Counted from the whole stretch's first letter, positions 23,620 to 37,210 are shown. The stretch is 63,736 bases of DNA, filler included, from Chiloscyllium plagiosum (GCF_004010195.1; 3 parts of one record of this genome joined end to end with filler, not necessarily neighbours in it), one strand, 5' to 3'. The notes: generated by a model not told the origin, from the letters alone. Numbers and translations: made by a program.

Positions 23620-24760
23620 GAGGGCTGCTCCTGCTCCTGCTGCTCTGAACCCGCCTCCGGCCACTCTCTCCCAGCCTCCCCGGGGCTAGCTCCCAGTCTG
23701 CAGGCAGCTCGGCTGCAGCTCACTCCCTTCTCGAGATGACTGCAAGTTGAGACTTCAATCCTCAGTTCCCGCGGTGGAGGAATTGCATACTGTCCTCGGA
23801 AGTCGCTAGTTCTGGAGAACTGACACACACCAAAGTTTATTGTTGGGAATCTCTCCAGCCCGGGCTTTCTCTGATCTCGGCTCTGTCTTCCGACCTCCAC
23901 TGCTAATGAATGGACCAATCTGCATTTGTGTGTGTGTGTGTATCTGTGTGTGTATTTGTGTGTGTATCTATGCCTGTATGTGTATGTGTGTATGTGTATC
24001 TGTGTATCAATGCCTGTATGTTTGTATCTGTGTGTATGTGTATCTGTGTGTGTATCTGTGTCTGTATGTGTATCTGTGTGTGATTATACCTGCGTGTATG
24101 TGTGTCTATGCAGTTCCTTAACACTGACCTCTCTACCCTCGGTCTGTGCCCTTACCAAACCCCCTCCTGGTCTCTCCACCCAAGTGGCTCAGCTCCTGAA
24201 TAACTGTAGCCTCAGTGGGATCCCACTGAGTTCTCGGTGGTTCACAGACAGTGAGTAGCTGCCAATAGACCTGCCTTGTCGGAATCCCGGAGTCCCTGCG
24301 CTTGAGACAGTTTCCCTTTCCAGAGCGGCATTTCAACGTGAGGCCAGGATTTAAGGGACACTTTCCGCGGGCTAGTGTGCGCTGTCCCTGGTCAGCGGCT
24401 GTGCCTTCGCCTTGGTAAGTCCAGCTGGTTGTGCACCGTTTCCGAGTGAGATTTCTGACCCAGTCTGTCCATCGAGTGTTCTGAACAGGAGGGAGCCGCT
24501 TTCCAAGGCTCTGCAGTGTCCGGGATAGACTCAGCACCTGAAGGCTACAAGCCTTTCTCCCCCACCCCACCCTCCCCGGGTGACAGCTGCTGAGAGAGGC
24601 GCCAACAATTCACTGGGCACAGCCCGAGCTCAGGCCAGGAGCCACTCTGCCCGCTTCTACCGCCACACGCCTCCTTAACCTTGCTGCAAACTCCTCCCGC
24701 CCTGCCTTCCGGCCAGACCTTCGGGAATTGAAACTTTGGGATAGTATCAGGCCTTTCAGC
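23620..24760 (-). promoter_or_regulatory. GC/CpG-rich putative 5'UTR/promoter region of the KCNQ gene
   Basis: Visible CpG enrichment (ccgcgg, cccggg, cgcc) compared with the CpG-poor background, directly upstream of exon 1. The TSS was not located. Confidence 0.5.
23927..24110. repeat. Degenerate (GT)n/(GTAT)n microsatellite
   Basis: Runs of gtgtgtgtatctgtgtgtgtat. Confidence 0.9.
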
Positions 24761-25303
24761 CCCTCCAACTTGACTTTGTGCCACTCAGTCAGATCCCGGA
24801 TGGTTTGCACTGAGCTGAATCTGTTGCGCTCAGGCACAGACTTTGTTAAACACAATTGCGGAAAGTTGCTAGAAAATGTGTGACATAACTTCACTAAAGG
24901 TTAATATCGCCGTGACTGAAATGATTACAGTACATGTAAATGTATTAAAGAGTAACCTTTTCAGAAAAAATGGTGCGTTGCATAAATAGTTGTACATTTA
25001 AATCAAGGTATATCAATTAACTGTTTGAAAGTGAGTTAATGCCACTTCTATATAATGTGTGCATTTATAGTTGTTGTACAGAGACACGTTGTTCCCAAAT
25101 ACTTTAGGGCAATTCCAAGCTTGGCCAGTGAGGTGTCTTTGTCCTGTTTAGTTTGTTGATGAGCATCACTGCAAACAGGGCTCTGGGTTTGAGTTGAAGC
25201 TGCAGCGGTGTGTCTGCTTACTCAGCTCTGAGACATTAACCTGGACATTTCCGGGTTCAGTGCAGCTCACCTGGACCAGCCTGGGGGAGAGTGCGGGATC
25301 AAC

Positions 25304-25317
25304 TCGCCCTCTGGTGG
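25304..25317 (-). promoter_or_regulatory. CTCF-like core motif (copy 1)
   Basis: The minus strand reads CCACCAGAGGGCGA, matching the CTCF core CCACYAGRGGGCR. Confidence 0.5.
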
Positions 25318-25578
25318 AGAAATCCAGCCATTGCTGTCACTTCGATTCAGAAGCTTCCATTTAAAGTTTCAGCTGTAACTGTTAAAACTTGAAGTACAGC
25401 GCCCAGTCAGCTTGTCACTGATCCCTGTGAAGCCTGGATGGTGTGAACTGACACTTGCACTCCATGTTAGAAATAAGAATACTGCAGTGCCCATAACTCT
25501 TCACTAATCCCTTTGTAACTTCCCTTGCTCTCAGCAGCTCCCTGAGTTAACCAACTCAGACTAATTTAACACAACCAC

Positions 25579-25700
25579 CTGTTGAAGAAACAGCGCTCTG
25601 AAAGCTAATGCCTCCAAGTAAACCTGTTGGACTATGTCTGGTGTTGTGTGATTTTAAACTTTGTCCACCCCAGTCCAATACCGGCTCCTCCAAATCATAA
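25579..25700 (+). mobile_element. Short element of a probable second PLE family (decayed hammerhead-like core)
   Basis: ctgttgaagaaacagcgctctgaaagcta...aaacctgttggacta...ggtgttgtgtgatttt. Flanked by imperfect aattta(t)acacaa duplicates. Confidence 0.45.
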
Positions 25701-26408
25701 ATTTATACACAAACCTTTCACTTCATCATCGTCCTTCAATCTTCTAAAATCAAAGCTGAGTCTTTTTTTTCTGATTTAGCTGATCTCCCATTGTGGTTCT
25801 CCGCATTTCCCAGGGAGGAATGACAGTGCTTTTAATTTTAGAGTTTTGTTTTCAACAAATAAATGTTTGTAACAACAAAATAGAGCAAAAGGCTATCCCA
25901 GCCTGCAATATTCAGACTATGTCACAACATTTTGGACCAGATGAAGATTACTCACTTGGTGAGTCAGGACTTAATACTCATCTCACAATGTAATAAACCC
26001 ATCACTGCAAAAGCTAAAAAATACGCTTCAACTCAGAAAAAACTTAAAGAATGTTAAAAAGAAAATCCGAAATGGCGAATTCTGGGAATGTTTGAGGAGA
26101 CGGTTCTGATGGATGCAGGAAGTGGACTTTATGAGAAATGACTGTCAATATCTGGCCAGCATTTTACACATAGCTAATTGCTTTTGAAAGGAGCGTATTG
26201 TCCCCTAATTCTTTAAGGCAAGTCCAAGCATAATCTGCACAGCCAATGAAGCGTCTTTGTCCTATTTCGTTTGCTGGTGAGCATCATTCCAAACAGGGCC
26301 CTGTGTTTGGGGTGATGCTGCTGTGGTGTGTTTGCTTACTGAGCTCTGAGACGTTGACCTGGAAATTTCCGGCTTCAGTGCAGCTCACCTGGACCAGCCT
26401 GGATCAGC

Positions 26409-26422
26409 TCGCCCTCTAGTGG
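26409..26422 (-). promoter_or_regulatory. CTCF-like core motif (copy 2)
   Basis: The minus strand reads CCACTAGAGGGCGA. Confidence 0.55.
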
Positions 26423-26814
26423 AGAAACCCAGCCATTGCTGTCACTCCACCGCTAGCTGCAATTCGGAAGCCCTCATTTAAACTAGCTCAGCTATCGCCC
26501 ATCAGTTTCAGCTATAACTTATCACTGCACCGTGTAAACGTGGCATACACTCGTGAGTGTTATATTTCCGAGTCAGGATGATTTGTGACTTGGAGGTGGT
26601 GGTGTTCCCCTGCCCTTGCCGCTCTTCTATTGAGAGACCCCCTGGGTTCAGAGAATGGTGTCTCACTGAGTTGATCCAGTTCATCTTATAGACCACATTG
26701 CCTGCAGGTACTCCAGACAACGGTGGTGGATAGAGTAACTGTTTGAGTTGATGGATGGGCTGCCAATCAAGTGGGGCTGTTTCATCCTAGATCAGGACAA
26801 GTCTTTGAGTGTTA

Positions 26815-27085
26815 TTAGATTAGGTTAGAAGTCCACACTGACCCTCCGAAGAGTAACCCACCCAGACCCATTTCCCTCTGACTAACGCACCTAACCTACG
26901 GGCAATTTAGCATGGCCAATTCACCTGACCTGCACATCTTTGTGACTGTGGGAGGAAACCAGAGCACCCGGAGGAAACCCACACAGACACGGGGAGAATG
27001 TGCAATTTTCACACAGGCAGTCGCCTGAGGCTGGAATCGAACCTGTGAGGCAGCAGTGCTAACCACTGAACCACCGTGCTGCCCC
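26815..27085 (-). mobile_element. HE1-like V-SINE
   Basis: Minus strand gcacggtggttcagtggttagcactgctgcctcacag...ggtttcctccgggtgctctggtttcctcccaca (tRNA head plus V domain). Confidence 0.85.
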
Positions 27086-28675
27086 ATTGGGGGCTCACCT
27101 GTCCAAGCAAGAGGAGAGTTTTCCATCATACTCCTAACCTGTCTCAGACAGTGGACAGGTTTTGGGCAGCCAGGAAGTGAGTTTTTTTTCCACAGAATCC
27201 CTGACCTGACCTGATAGGTTAAACCAGGTTAAAACAGTTAAGATTCTGGTCAATGGTAGTCCAAGGGATTGCGATGCTGGGGCAGTCTGTTCTAATAATC
27301 TGACAAATAGGTCTTTAGCCTCTCTGATTGGAGATGGTCACTGCCTATCAATGACGTAAATACTTCTTGCCATATCTCAGTCAAAGGCTGAGTGTCTCCC
27401 AGGTTGAATATGATATTTGACCATCTAGTGTTACATAAGGTGTTCACTGCACCTTCAATACAATGGGAGTAGAATATATTTCCTCTTGCCAGTGAGCAGT
27501 GCGTGAAATTAGTAAAACAAACACAGGGAAATCTGGAAAACCTCAGCAGGTCTGGCAGCAATTGTGGAGAGAGGAACAGAGTGAGTATGTGACTGTGAGG
27601 ATTGTTGGTTTCCACATGGTGTGCAGGGACTACTGACAGCTTGCAGATCACTTTGCCGATGTGGCATGCCAACACTGAGGTGCAACAGCACGACCAAGGG
27701 GATAACATGCCCTCAATGCCCAGCTGCTGTGTGACCATGTCACAGTCTATCATGGAGATAATGTGGGAGAATGGTGCTGAGATAAATGATTAGCCATGAT
27801 CTGTTTGAATAATGGCGTAGCCTTGAAGGACTGAATGATCTGATCCTGTTCTTATGTTCTGAGGATTTTTGATGTTGCTAAGTCAAAAGTCTGTCAGAAA
27901 GGTTGCCAGTCTGAAATGTTAGCTCTGATTCTGTCTGCATGGATGTTCCCACCCTGCTGAGTATTTCCAGCATTTTTGAGTTTTAATTCAGATTTCCGGC
28001 TGAGTTATTAAATCACACTAAGTTCTAAAAGAGTGAAAGAGGCACAGAGAAAAAGAGAGAGAGAGAGATGTCATAAAACTTTAAGGCTATAAAATAAATC
28101 ATGGACAGTAGAGAGCAAGGCTTCCAAAGTTTTCTGGACTGATGGCAGAGACATTGCGTTCGGAATTATGATTGCTACTTGCGGAGATTTGTATTAGGAG
28201 CACAAATCCAGGAATGATGTCTCAGAAATATTATACATTGTTTGACTGATTGTACTGAAATCTGGTTGCAAATATAACTTTAGTTGAGAAATGTGTATGT
28301 CTAATTAGGTAGGGCACACATAAATATTAAAACATTTCAAGGTAAAGATTCATGGAGAACAAAGAGCTAATCATTAAAGACTCCATTACAGCCAGCAGAA
28401 ACCATCAGAATGATCCACTTTGAACTGAGGATATACCGAGAAGAGGGCATGGAGATGGCCCACAAATACATATTAATTAGGTGGAAATTGACCAATGCTG
28501 AGCACAGAAAATAAAAGGGTCGAAGCAACAGTTTAATTACTGGAATACAGGTCTGGAAAGCAACATGGCATGTAAAACAAAATGCCTGGCTGGACCTAAA
28601 GGTTCTGACCTAGGTATTGACTGGACAGAATAACTTGCTTTTGTTTTTGCAACGACCTGTTTAGCAAAGCTATGA

Positions 28676-28842
28676 CTTAGAATCATAGAGTCGTACAGCA
28701 TGGAAACAGACCCTTCGGTCCAACCTGTCCATGCCGACCATATATCCCAACCCAATCTAGTCCCACCTGCCAGCACCCGGCCCATATCCCTCCAAACCCT
28801 TCCTATTCATATACCCATCCAAATGCCTCTTAAATGTTGCAA
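28676..28842 (-). mobile_element. CR1 (HER1-like) extreme 3' end
   Basis: atcatagagtcgtacagcatggaaacagacccttcggtccaac. Confidence 0.85.
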
Positions 28843-29769
28843 TCGAGGAAGTAGGACTTGAACTCAGGCCTCCTAGATCAGGGGTTGGGACACTGCCACT
28901 GAACTACAAGAACTTCTACAACAGTTTGGATGCAGTTACACTTAATGGGGCACCTCATTATTTTATTCCTTAGCAACACTATGTACTCTTAGTGACACTT
29001 GTTACTTTGAAATCCCACAAACCGCGCCCCCCCCCCCCACCTCCAGAGTCTGCCTTAGGTAGTCAATCCATCAACAGTTCTGTAGGTATGATTTCAGAGC
29101 AGGTGAGCTAACTGTGCCACCTAGCTGGACCAGCAAGTCCCTTTTCCCAGGGATGTTATGCACCTTCTCTGGCTATATTGTGCCATTATAGGGAATATCT
29201 GTTTTGGCCCATTCAATTAATGGCATCACTGTCCTGTTTGAAGCCGTCTTCAGATATGTCTTCCCTGGAACTCCCTTCAAGATAATGCTGTGGCTGTCTG
29301 GGCAGCTATCCTTTTTTTTTTATGGTCATAAAAACAGTGAGGTACAATTCTCCAACACAGCTCCAACATTGGTTTCAATATGACTTTGCTAACATTGGGA
29401 AAACTCTTCACCTTGACCAATGTCTTCCCACCCTGTCTTCCTGACTGTATGTGCACAATGCAGTTTTCCTGTCAGGATGCCAACTTCTTCATTGCCTATT
29501 CCACTGCCATGAAACAAAACCCAGGACACACTCTTTCACTGCAACTCGTTTCCTTTTAGTAACAGCAAAGAAATAAAAGCAGAATTACATGTTTCAAAGT
29601 GATGAATGCATTACAGGATTAAATAGTGCACTGGATTGCTGACGTGTGTTAATGACAGGCACTGTCATATTTAGCCATAAAAATAAAATGTCAACTGCAG
29701 GAGAAATGATGAAACCTCGAAACCTGGAACATTCAACTGACAAGAGATGGCAAAGATACTTATCACAGT

Positions 29770-32290
29770 TACACCAGCAGTGCTACTGATCCAGCTGGTT
29801 GGGTCCTAAAGGACATAGCTGCTAGTCTGGGTTTGCAGCAGGGGATGAGGGAACCAACAAGAGGGAAGAACATACTTGTCCTCATCCTTACCAATCTGCC
29901 AGTTGCAGATGCATATATGCATGAGAGTATGGGTAAGTGTGACCATCACACAGTCCTTGTGGAAACGAAGTTCCGCCTTCACATTGAGAATAACCTCCAT
30001 CGTGTTGTGTGGCACAATCATTATGCTAAATGGGACAGGTATTGAAAAGATCCAGCAACTCAAATCTGGGCATCTGTGAGGGGCTGTGAACCATCAAAAG
30101 CAGCAGAATTGCACTCAAACACAATCTACAACCTCATGGTATCCCCCACTCAACCATAACCATCAAGTTAGGGGATCAAGCCTGGTTCAATGGAGAATGC
30201 AGGAGGGCATGCTGGGAGCAGCACCAGATATATTTAAAAATTAGTTTGGTACCCATGAAGCTACCAAAAAAGACTACTTGCATGGCAAACAGTATAAGCA
30301 AGTGATAGACAGAGCTCAGCAATCTCACACCAACGGATCTGATGTAAGCTCTGCAGTCCTGCCACAACCAGTGATGAATGATGGTAGAATATTTAAACAA
30401 CTCATTGGCGGAGGAGGCTCCACAAACATCCCCATCCTCAATGATGGAAAAGATAAGGCTGGAGCTTTTGCAGCAATTTTCAGCCAGAAGTACCAACTGG
30501 ATTATCCATTTTGGCCTCCTCCAATAGGGCAAGTATCATAGAAACCAATCTTAAGCCAATTTGTTTCACTCCATGTGATATCAAGAAACAATTGGAGGTC
30601 CTGGCTACTTCAAGGGCTGTGGGGCCTGACAACATTCTGGCAATAGTACTGAAGGCTTTTTGCTCCAGAATTTGCCGCTACCTTGCCTACTTTCAGGTAG
30701 TTGCCAATATTGTAACTGTATTGGAAGAGCCTCACACAGTCCAAGTACCGTGACAATACTGGCAACCACCTGACAAAGTGTAAAATGACTAGGTGTATCC
30801 TGTACATGAAATGCAGGACAAATCCAACTTTGCCAATTGCCCAGCAGTTTACTTTAAATCATCAATGAAGAGTGGTGGGTGTGTGGAATGCACTGCCAGC
30901 GGTGGTAGTGGAGTCAGAGATACTAGGGACATTTAAGCGACAACTGGACGAATATATATGGACTGTAGTAAATTGAGGGGTGTGTAGGTTAGGTTGACCA
31001 TAGATTAAGATAAATGCTTGGCACAATATCATGGACTGAAGGGCCTGTACTGTGCTGTACTGTTCTATGTACTAAAGTGATGGATAGTATCATCAACAGT
31101 GCTATCAGGCAACACCTGCTCAGTGACGCCTTGTTTAGGTGCCGCTAGGGTCACTCAGCTCCTGACCTTTTTACAGCCTTGGTTCAAACGTGGACAAAAG
31201 AGTTGAATTCCAGAGGGGAGGTGAGAGTGACAACCCTTGGTATCAAGGCTGCATTTGACCAAGTGTGGCATCAAGGAGCCTCAGCAAAACAGGAATCAAT
31301 GGGAATCAAGGGACAAACTCTCCACTGGTTGGAGTCATACCTGGCAACTTGGAAGCTGATTGTGGTTGTTGGAGATCAGTCATCTCACCTCTAGGATATC
31401 TCCGTAGGAGTTCCTCAGGATAATGTCCTAGGCCCAACCATCTTCAGCTGCTTTATCAATAACCTTCCCTCCATCATAAGGTCAGAAGTGGGAATGTCTG
31501 CCGATGATTGCACAGTGTTCAGCTCTGACACTGAAGCAGTCTGTGGTCAAATGCAACAAGATCTGGACAATAGTCAGGCTTGGGCTGACAATTGGCAAGT
31601 AACATTCATGCCACACAAATACCAGGCAATAACCATCTCCAATAAGAGACAAACTAACCACCGTTCCTTGACATTCAATTGTGGCACCATCACAGAATCC
31701 CCATCTATCGACATTCTCAGGGTTATCATTGACCACAAACAATGGACTAACTACATAAACACAATTGCTACAAGAACAGGTCAGGGGCTGATTCCCCAAA
31801 CTGTGCCACCATCTACAAGGCACAATCCTGGAGTGTGTTGGAAAACTCCCCACTTGCCTGAATGGGTGCAACTCTAACAACACTCAAGAAACTTGAAACC
31901 ATCCAAGACAAAGCAATTTGCTTGATCATCACCACATGGACAAGCATCCACTTCCTCCACCATTGAGGTTCAGTAGTAGCAAGGTGTATCACCTATAAGA
32001 TGTACTGCAAAAATTCAACAAAGATCCTTGGAAGGCATTTTCAAACCCACAAACACTTGCATCTCAAAGAACAGGGCAGCAGATATATGGGAGAGCTACC
32101 AGCTGCAAGTCCCCTCCAAAACACTCACCATCCTGACTTGGAAATATATCACTGATCCTGGAAATTCCTCCCTAAAGGCATTGTGTGTCAATCTACAGCA
32201 CGTGGAACTTCAGCGGTTCAAGATGGCAGCTCACTGACAACTTATCAACAGCAACTTGATGTGAGCCAGTCAGTGACATCCACTTCCCCT
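29770..32290 (+). mobile_element. CR1/L2-group LINE (APE end, RT, 3' tail), interrupted by a CR1 3' fragment at ~30870-31072
   Basis: EPTRGKNILVLILTN..GKCDHHTV, IKAAFDQVWHQG, GVPQDNVLGP and SADD motifs. Confidence 0.85.
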
Positions 32291-32559
32291 CAGCACCTGA
32301 ACGAGTAAAACAACCAAAAAAAAGTAGCAGTGGAATATCCATCAACATTTACAGTAAAGTTTTATCTTAAAGCTCCAAACAAGTAATACATCTGGTGGAA
32401 GAAATTATCTTTTGAGAAGTATAATCTTAATATTTCTGAAGTTTTGGTGAAAGGTATTATTTTTACACTCTCAGATGCTTTCTACTTTACAAATGAGAAT
32501 GTTAAGCCTCTGTATATGTTCAATCCACTTTCACCTGTTGTTGTATCATTTAATATTAT

Positions 32560-34530
32560 TCTTTAATTATTTCCAGAAGATTCCTTTCGAAGTTTTGACC
32601 ACTGCATCCATTTGGTGTAGGTATATCCACAATGCTATTAAAGATGGAGTACCAAGACTTTGACCCTGTGACTGTGAATGGTGTGTTTCCAAGTCAAGAT
32701 GTTGAGAGATTTGATGTGATGGTATCCGCATGTACCTGCTGGTCTTGTCCCAGATGCTGATGGTCATGGGCTTTTGAAGGTGCTGTCTAAGGAGCCTTGA
32801 TGAATTTCTGCCATGCATTGTGCAGATGGCAGACTCTGTTGCCATTGGTGTGGAGTGGGTGAATATTCATTAATGCCAATGAAACGGGTTGCTTTGTCAA
32901 GCTTCTTGAATGTTGTTGGAGCAGCACTTATCCAGGCAGATGGAGAATATTGCATCACACTCCTTAACTGTGCCCTATAGATATTGGATAGTCTTTGGGA
33001 AGTCAGGGGGAGTTAATTAGCACAGAATTCCTAGCCTGTGACTTGCTCTTGAAGCCACTGTATGTCCAGTTCAGTTTTGGGTCAATGATAACATCCAGGA
33101 TGGTGGAGGATTCAGTGATGGTAGTGCCATTGAATGTCAGGGGAAAATGCATAGATACTCTCTTGTTGGAGGTGGTCATTGCCTGGCACTTGTGTGGCAT
33201 GAATAGTACTTACCACTTGCCAGCCCTGGATGTTGCCAAGGTCTTGCTGTATTTGGGTTGCTTCGGTAACCGAGGAGGTGATAATTGTGCTGAACGTTGT
33301 GCAGTCAGCACAGAATATTTCTACTTCTGACCTACTGATAGATGGAAAGCCATTCACAAACCAAATGAGGAATTTCTTCAATGATGTTCCAGGGTTAAGA
33401 TGACTGATCACTCACAAATATAATAATCTTCCTTTGTGCTCGATATAATTCCACCCAGCAGAGATTTGTTCTCCCTGATTTCCACTGACACCACTTTTGT
33501 AGGACTGTGTGATGCCATACCTGGTCAAATGCGTCTTTGATGTAAAGGGCAGTCACTCTCACCTCAGGAAATCAGCTCTTTTGTCCATGTTTGAACCAAA
33601 GCTGTAATGAGGCCAGGAGCTGAGTAGCCCTAGTGGAACACAAACTGTGCATCAGCGAGCAGGTTAATGCTAAGCAGACACTGATTGATAGCACCCGTTG
33701 GTGACACATTTCATCACTTTACCAATGCTCAAGAGTAGACTGATGGGGTGTTAATTAGCCAGATTGTATTTATCCTTTCTTTAAGATTAGATTAGATTTG
33801 ATGCCCTACAGTGTGGAAACAGGCCCTTCGGCCCAACAAGTCCACACCGACCCTCCAAAGAGTAATCCACCCAGACCCATTTCCCTTACATTACCTCTGA
33901 CTAATGCACCTAACACTATGGGCAATTTAGCATGGCCAATTCACCTGACCTGCACATCTTTGGATTGTGGGGGGAAACCGGAGCACCCAGATGAAACCCA
34001 CGCAGACATAGGGAGAATGTGCAAACTCCACACAGATAGTCGCCCAAGGCTGGAATTGAACCTGGGTCCCTGGCATTGTGAGGCAGCAGTGCTAACCACT
34101 GAGCCACTGTGCCACCCTTTTCTGTTTACAGGATATCCCTGGGCAAGCTTTCACATTATTGGGGTAGATGCTACTGTTTTTCTTTGCTGGAACACCTTGG
34201 CTAGGGGAGATGCAAGTTCTGGAGCACAGGTCTTCAGTACAATTGCTAGAATATTGTTAGGCCCTACAGCCTTTGCAGTGACCAGTGCCCTTACTATTTC
34301 TTTCTTGATTTCACATGGAATAAATAGAGTTGTCTGAAGACCGGTATCTGTAATGCTACAGATTTCCTTGGGAGGCCAAGTTGAATCATCCACTTGCCCT
34401 TTGTACTGATCTGTGGAGCTCCCCCATTATTGAGGATGGGGATGGTTGTGGATTAAGTTGTTTAATTGTTCACCACCATTCAGAACTAAATATGGCAGGA
34501 CTGCAGAGCTTTGATATGGTCCATTCATTA
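32560..34530 (-). mobile_element. Second copy of the same CR1/L2-group LINE, opposite orientation
   Basis: KAVGPNNILAIVLKTCAPELA, MPHKCQAMTTSNKR and MQYSPSAWISAAPT motifs. Confidence 0.82.
33783..34115 (-). mobile_element. HE1-like V-SINE, full length, inserted in a LINE
   Basis: A box tggctcagtgg, B box ggttcaattcc, V domain and (AATCT)n tail. Confidence 0.9.
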
Positions 34531-35199
34531 TATAATCTAACCTCTATACTCTTTAAGATTTCACTAGCTCAGTCGATAGTGATGTTGCTGAGCTACTCTT
34601 GGTTGTGGAAATTAAAGTTCTCAATCAGAATATATTCTGTACCTTTCCCACCTTCAGTGCTAAATCCAAGTGATGCTCTTCATGAAGAAGTACTGATCAA
34701 TCAGCTGATTGGGGGGAATGTGGTATCAGGATGTTTACTTGCCCATTTTTGACCGGTTCAATGAGTCTTCATGGAGTTTGTACATCTAATTCCAGATTTT
34801 ATACATTTCAAATTCCACCATCTGCGATGATGGGATTCAAACTCAGGTCTCTAGCGGATTACTTGGGTCTCTGGGTTATTAGTGACAATGCCATGATGCT
34901 AACACCTTCCTGAAAAGTTTTGCATTCTGAAATATTTTTAGATGCTCTCGAATAATTAGAAATAATATCAAATTCGATTCTTTTAGACTCAGTATTACAG
35001 TTCACCTTTCCACTTAAAGTATATTGCTTGTTATTTTCTATCATTAATGTTGGAAAGTTAGTCAATTGTCTCATTTATGCTTTGATCTGTTACAACTAAA
35101 ACAAGCTCTCTTTTCTCTTACTTGCACCTTGAATGGGGAATTGTATAATCTGATTGGAGAAATCACAAATCTTTATAATAGTCAGGACCACACAAGTAT

Positions 35200-35800
35200 G
35201 AGGTGACGTACTTGGCAGAACAAACAAGGTGAGGGAATATATGATGAACAATTGGACCCTGGGAAGCCTTGAGGACCAGACGGATCTCGGTGAGTATGTC
35301 ACCGGTCTCTTAAGGTAGCAGCTCAAGGAGATAAACTAGTTAAGATGAGATATGGGATACTTTATTAGCTGAGTACAAAGTCTCTATTAGCTGAGGCATA
35401 GAGTTGAAGAGCAGGGAGCTTATGCTGAAACTGTATAAAATGTTGGCTCGGTAACAGTTACAGTATTGTGTGCAGTTCTGGAATCCACATTATATGAGGG
35501 ATGTGATTTTAAGGGAGATTTACCAGAACATTGAGTGGACTGGAGAGACTTCAGAGGGGATGTGAGGAGAACAATTTTCACCCAGAAGGTGGTGGGGATC
35601 TGGAACTTGTTGCCTGTAAAGGTGGTAGAGGCAGAAATCCTCATAGCATTTAAGATTTGCCCTTACAATGCCAGGGCATAAAGAGCTATGGGCCAAACGC
35701 TGGAAAATGGAATTAAAGCAGTTTGGTTGTTGTTGCTTGACCAGCACAGACTCAATGGCCAAAGGGTCTTTTTCTCTCCTGTAGATCTCTATGGTCTGTA
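35200..35800 (+). mobile_element. Decayed CR1 3' fragment
   Basis: tattgtgtgcagttctggaatcc...ttttcacccagaaggtggtggggatctggaac. Confidence 0.7.
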
Positions 35801-36489
35801 GAACCTATAACACCTATAGATGTTTAGGCTTATTAAAATTAAGAAAGCCCATTTAGAGATAGGTAACATTCTCAGGCAGCTTCTTCCCTGTGGAATGGTT
35901 ACATTACTCTTGAAGATCTAAGAATTAGTACTTGTGGGATTGATTAGCTTGAACACACTGGATAGAAATCAAATCAGCTTTAAATATGAATTGAAAGCTA
36001 GAAATCGCTTCATTGTGAGTATTGCTGTATAGGAACTGAATCCCTACAACTTTGGGATTAAGTTTTGATAATAAGGAGCAAATGCGTAACTAGTGATTTT
36101 TTTTTGTGTAGTTTTGAATCTGTTTTACAATTAAAGCTGATTGCAGTGAGGAAGTATTTTAGGTATTAATAATTTCCATCTCTATTAGGAAGGTTTCATT
36201 AATAGTTGTTAATTATTAATACTTGTCAGGTTTAATGGAACTTTTTACGTGCATTCACATTGATAAAGTTTGTGTTCGCAGTAACAAGATTAATTATTAC
36301 TTATTTTTATACAATTATTAATTGCTAAAGGAATGGCAGAGCTATCTAATCTCAAAGCATCCTGTGCTATGTGGCAACTCCAGGACATTTCGCATGTTCT
36401 CAATAATTCTCTGTTGAAGAAACCTGACCTCTGGGTTTTGCAACTTGAGAAACAACAGTCAAACATCAGAACAAAATAAACAACTTAGT

Positions 36490-37210
36490 GGAGTGGGGCA
36501 GGTAAGCGGCTAATGCAGTTCAATACAGAGAAGTGTGATGTGATAAATTTTTGTGCAAGAAACATGCAGGACAAAACAAACTAAAGGACAGAGTTCAAAA
36601 GGAAATGCAGGAGCAGGGCATCTGGGTGTAGATAAACTCATTAAAGGTGACAGGACATATTGAAAAATTATTAATAAAACATGCAGTATCTCAGGACTTT
36701 TTACTAGGGATATAGGGTAATAGAGCCAGAAGGTTATGTTGAACTTATATGAAACACTGTTTGGCCTCAGCTGGAGAATTACATCCTGTTCTCTGCATCA
36801 CACTTTAGGAAAAATGTAAAGGCATTGGAGAGAATGAAGAAAAGATTCCCTTGCAATCACATCCCTGGCTTCAGGGATGAGGAATTTCAGTTAGGAAGAT
36901 CGATTGGAAAAGTTAGGAATGTTTTTCATGGAGAAGGAAAGGCTAAGAGAACATCTGATTGAAGTTTTCAAAACCATGAGAGGCCTGGACATGGTCAATA
37001 GGGAGAAAATGTTCCCACTCATGAAAGGATGGAGAAGGAGAGGACATGGATTTAAGATAATTAGTGACTGAAGCAGAAGTGAGGAAAGATTTTTTCATGC
37101 AGTGAGTAGTTAGGGTACAGAATGCACTGCCTGGGTTTTATTGGAGATGGGCTCAATTGTGACATTTAAAAGGGAATTAGACAGTCATTTGAAAATGAAC
37201 AAGGTGTAGG
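36490..37210 (+). mobile_element. Decayed CR1 3' fragment
   Basis: ggctaatgcagttcaatacagagaagtgtga...atctgattgaagttttcaaaaccatgagagg. Confidence 0.7.

Larger units (their letters stand above)
25100..26520 (+). repeat. Local direct duplication of ~280 bp (approx. 25100-25380 and 26210-26520)
   Basis: Both copies share ttgtcct..tgagcatca..caaacaggg..gcttact.agctctgagac.tt.acctgga.atttccgg.ttcagtgcagctcacctggaccagcctgg..tcgccctct.gtggagaaa.ccagccattgctgtcact. Confidence 0.9.

Noticed and set aside
22610..23918. Six long overlapping ORFs (250-326 aa) rich in CVSL or RETH
   Set aside because: Stop-free frames produced by the GA/CA repeat. Only 22614-22924 on the minus strand is real coding sequence.
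34040..34115. tRNA-like A/B boxes here and at 7700, 27040, 44120 and 61860
   Set aside because: These are SINE heads continuous with SINE bodies, not complete cloverleaf tRNA genes.
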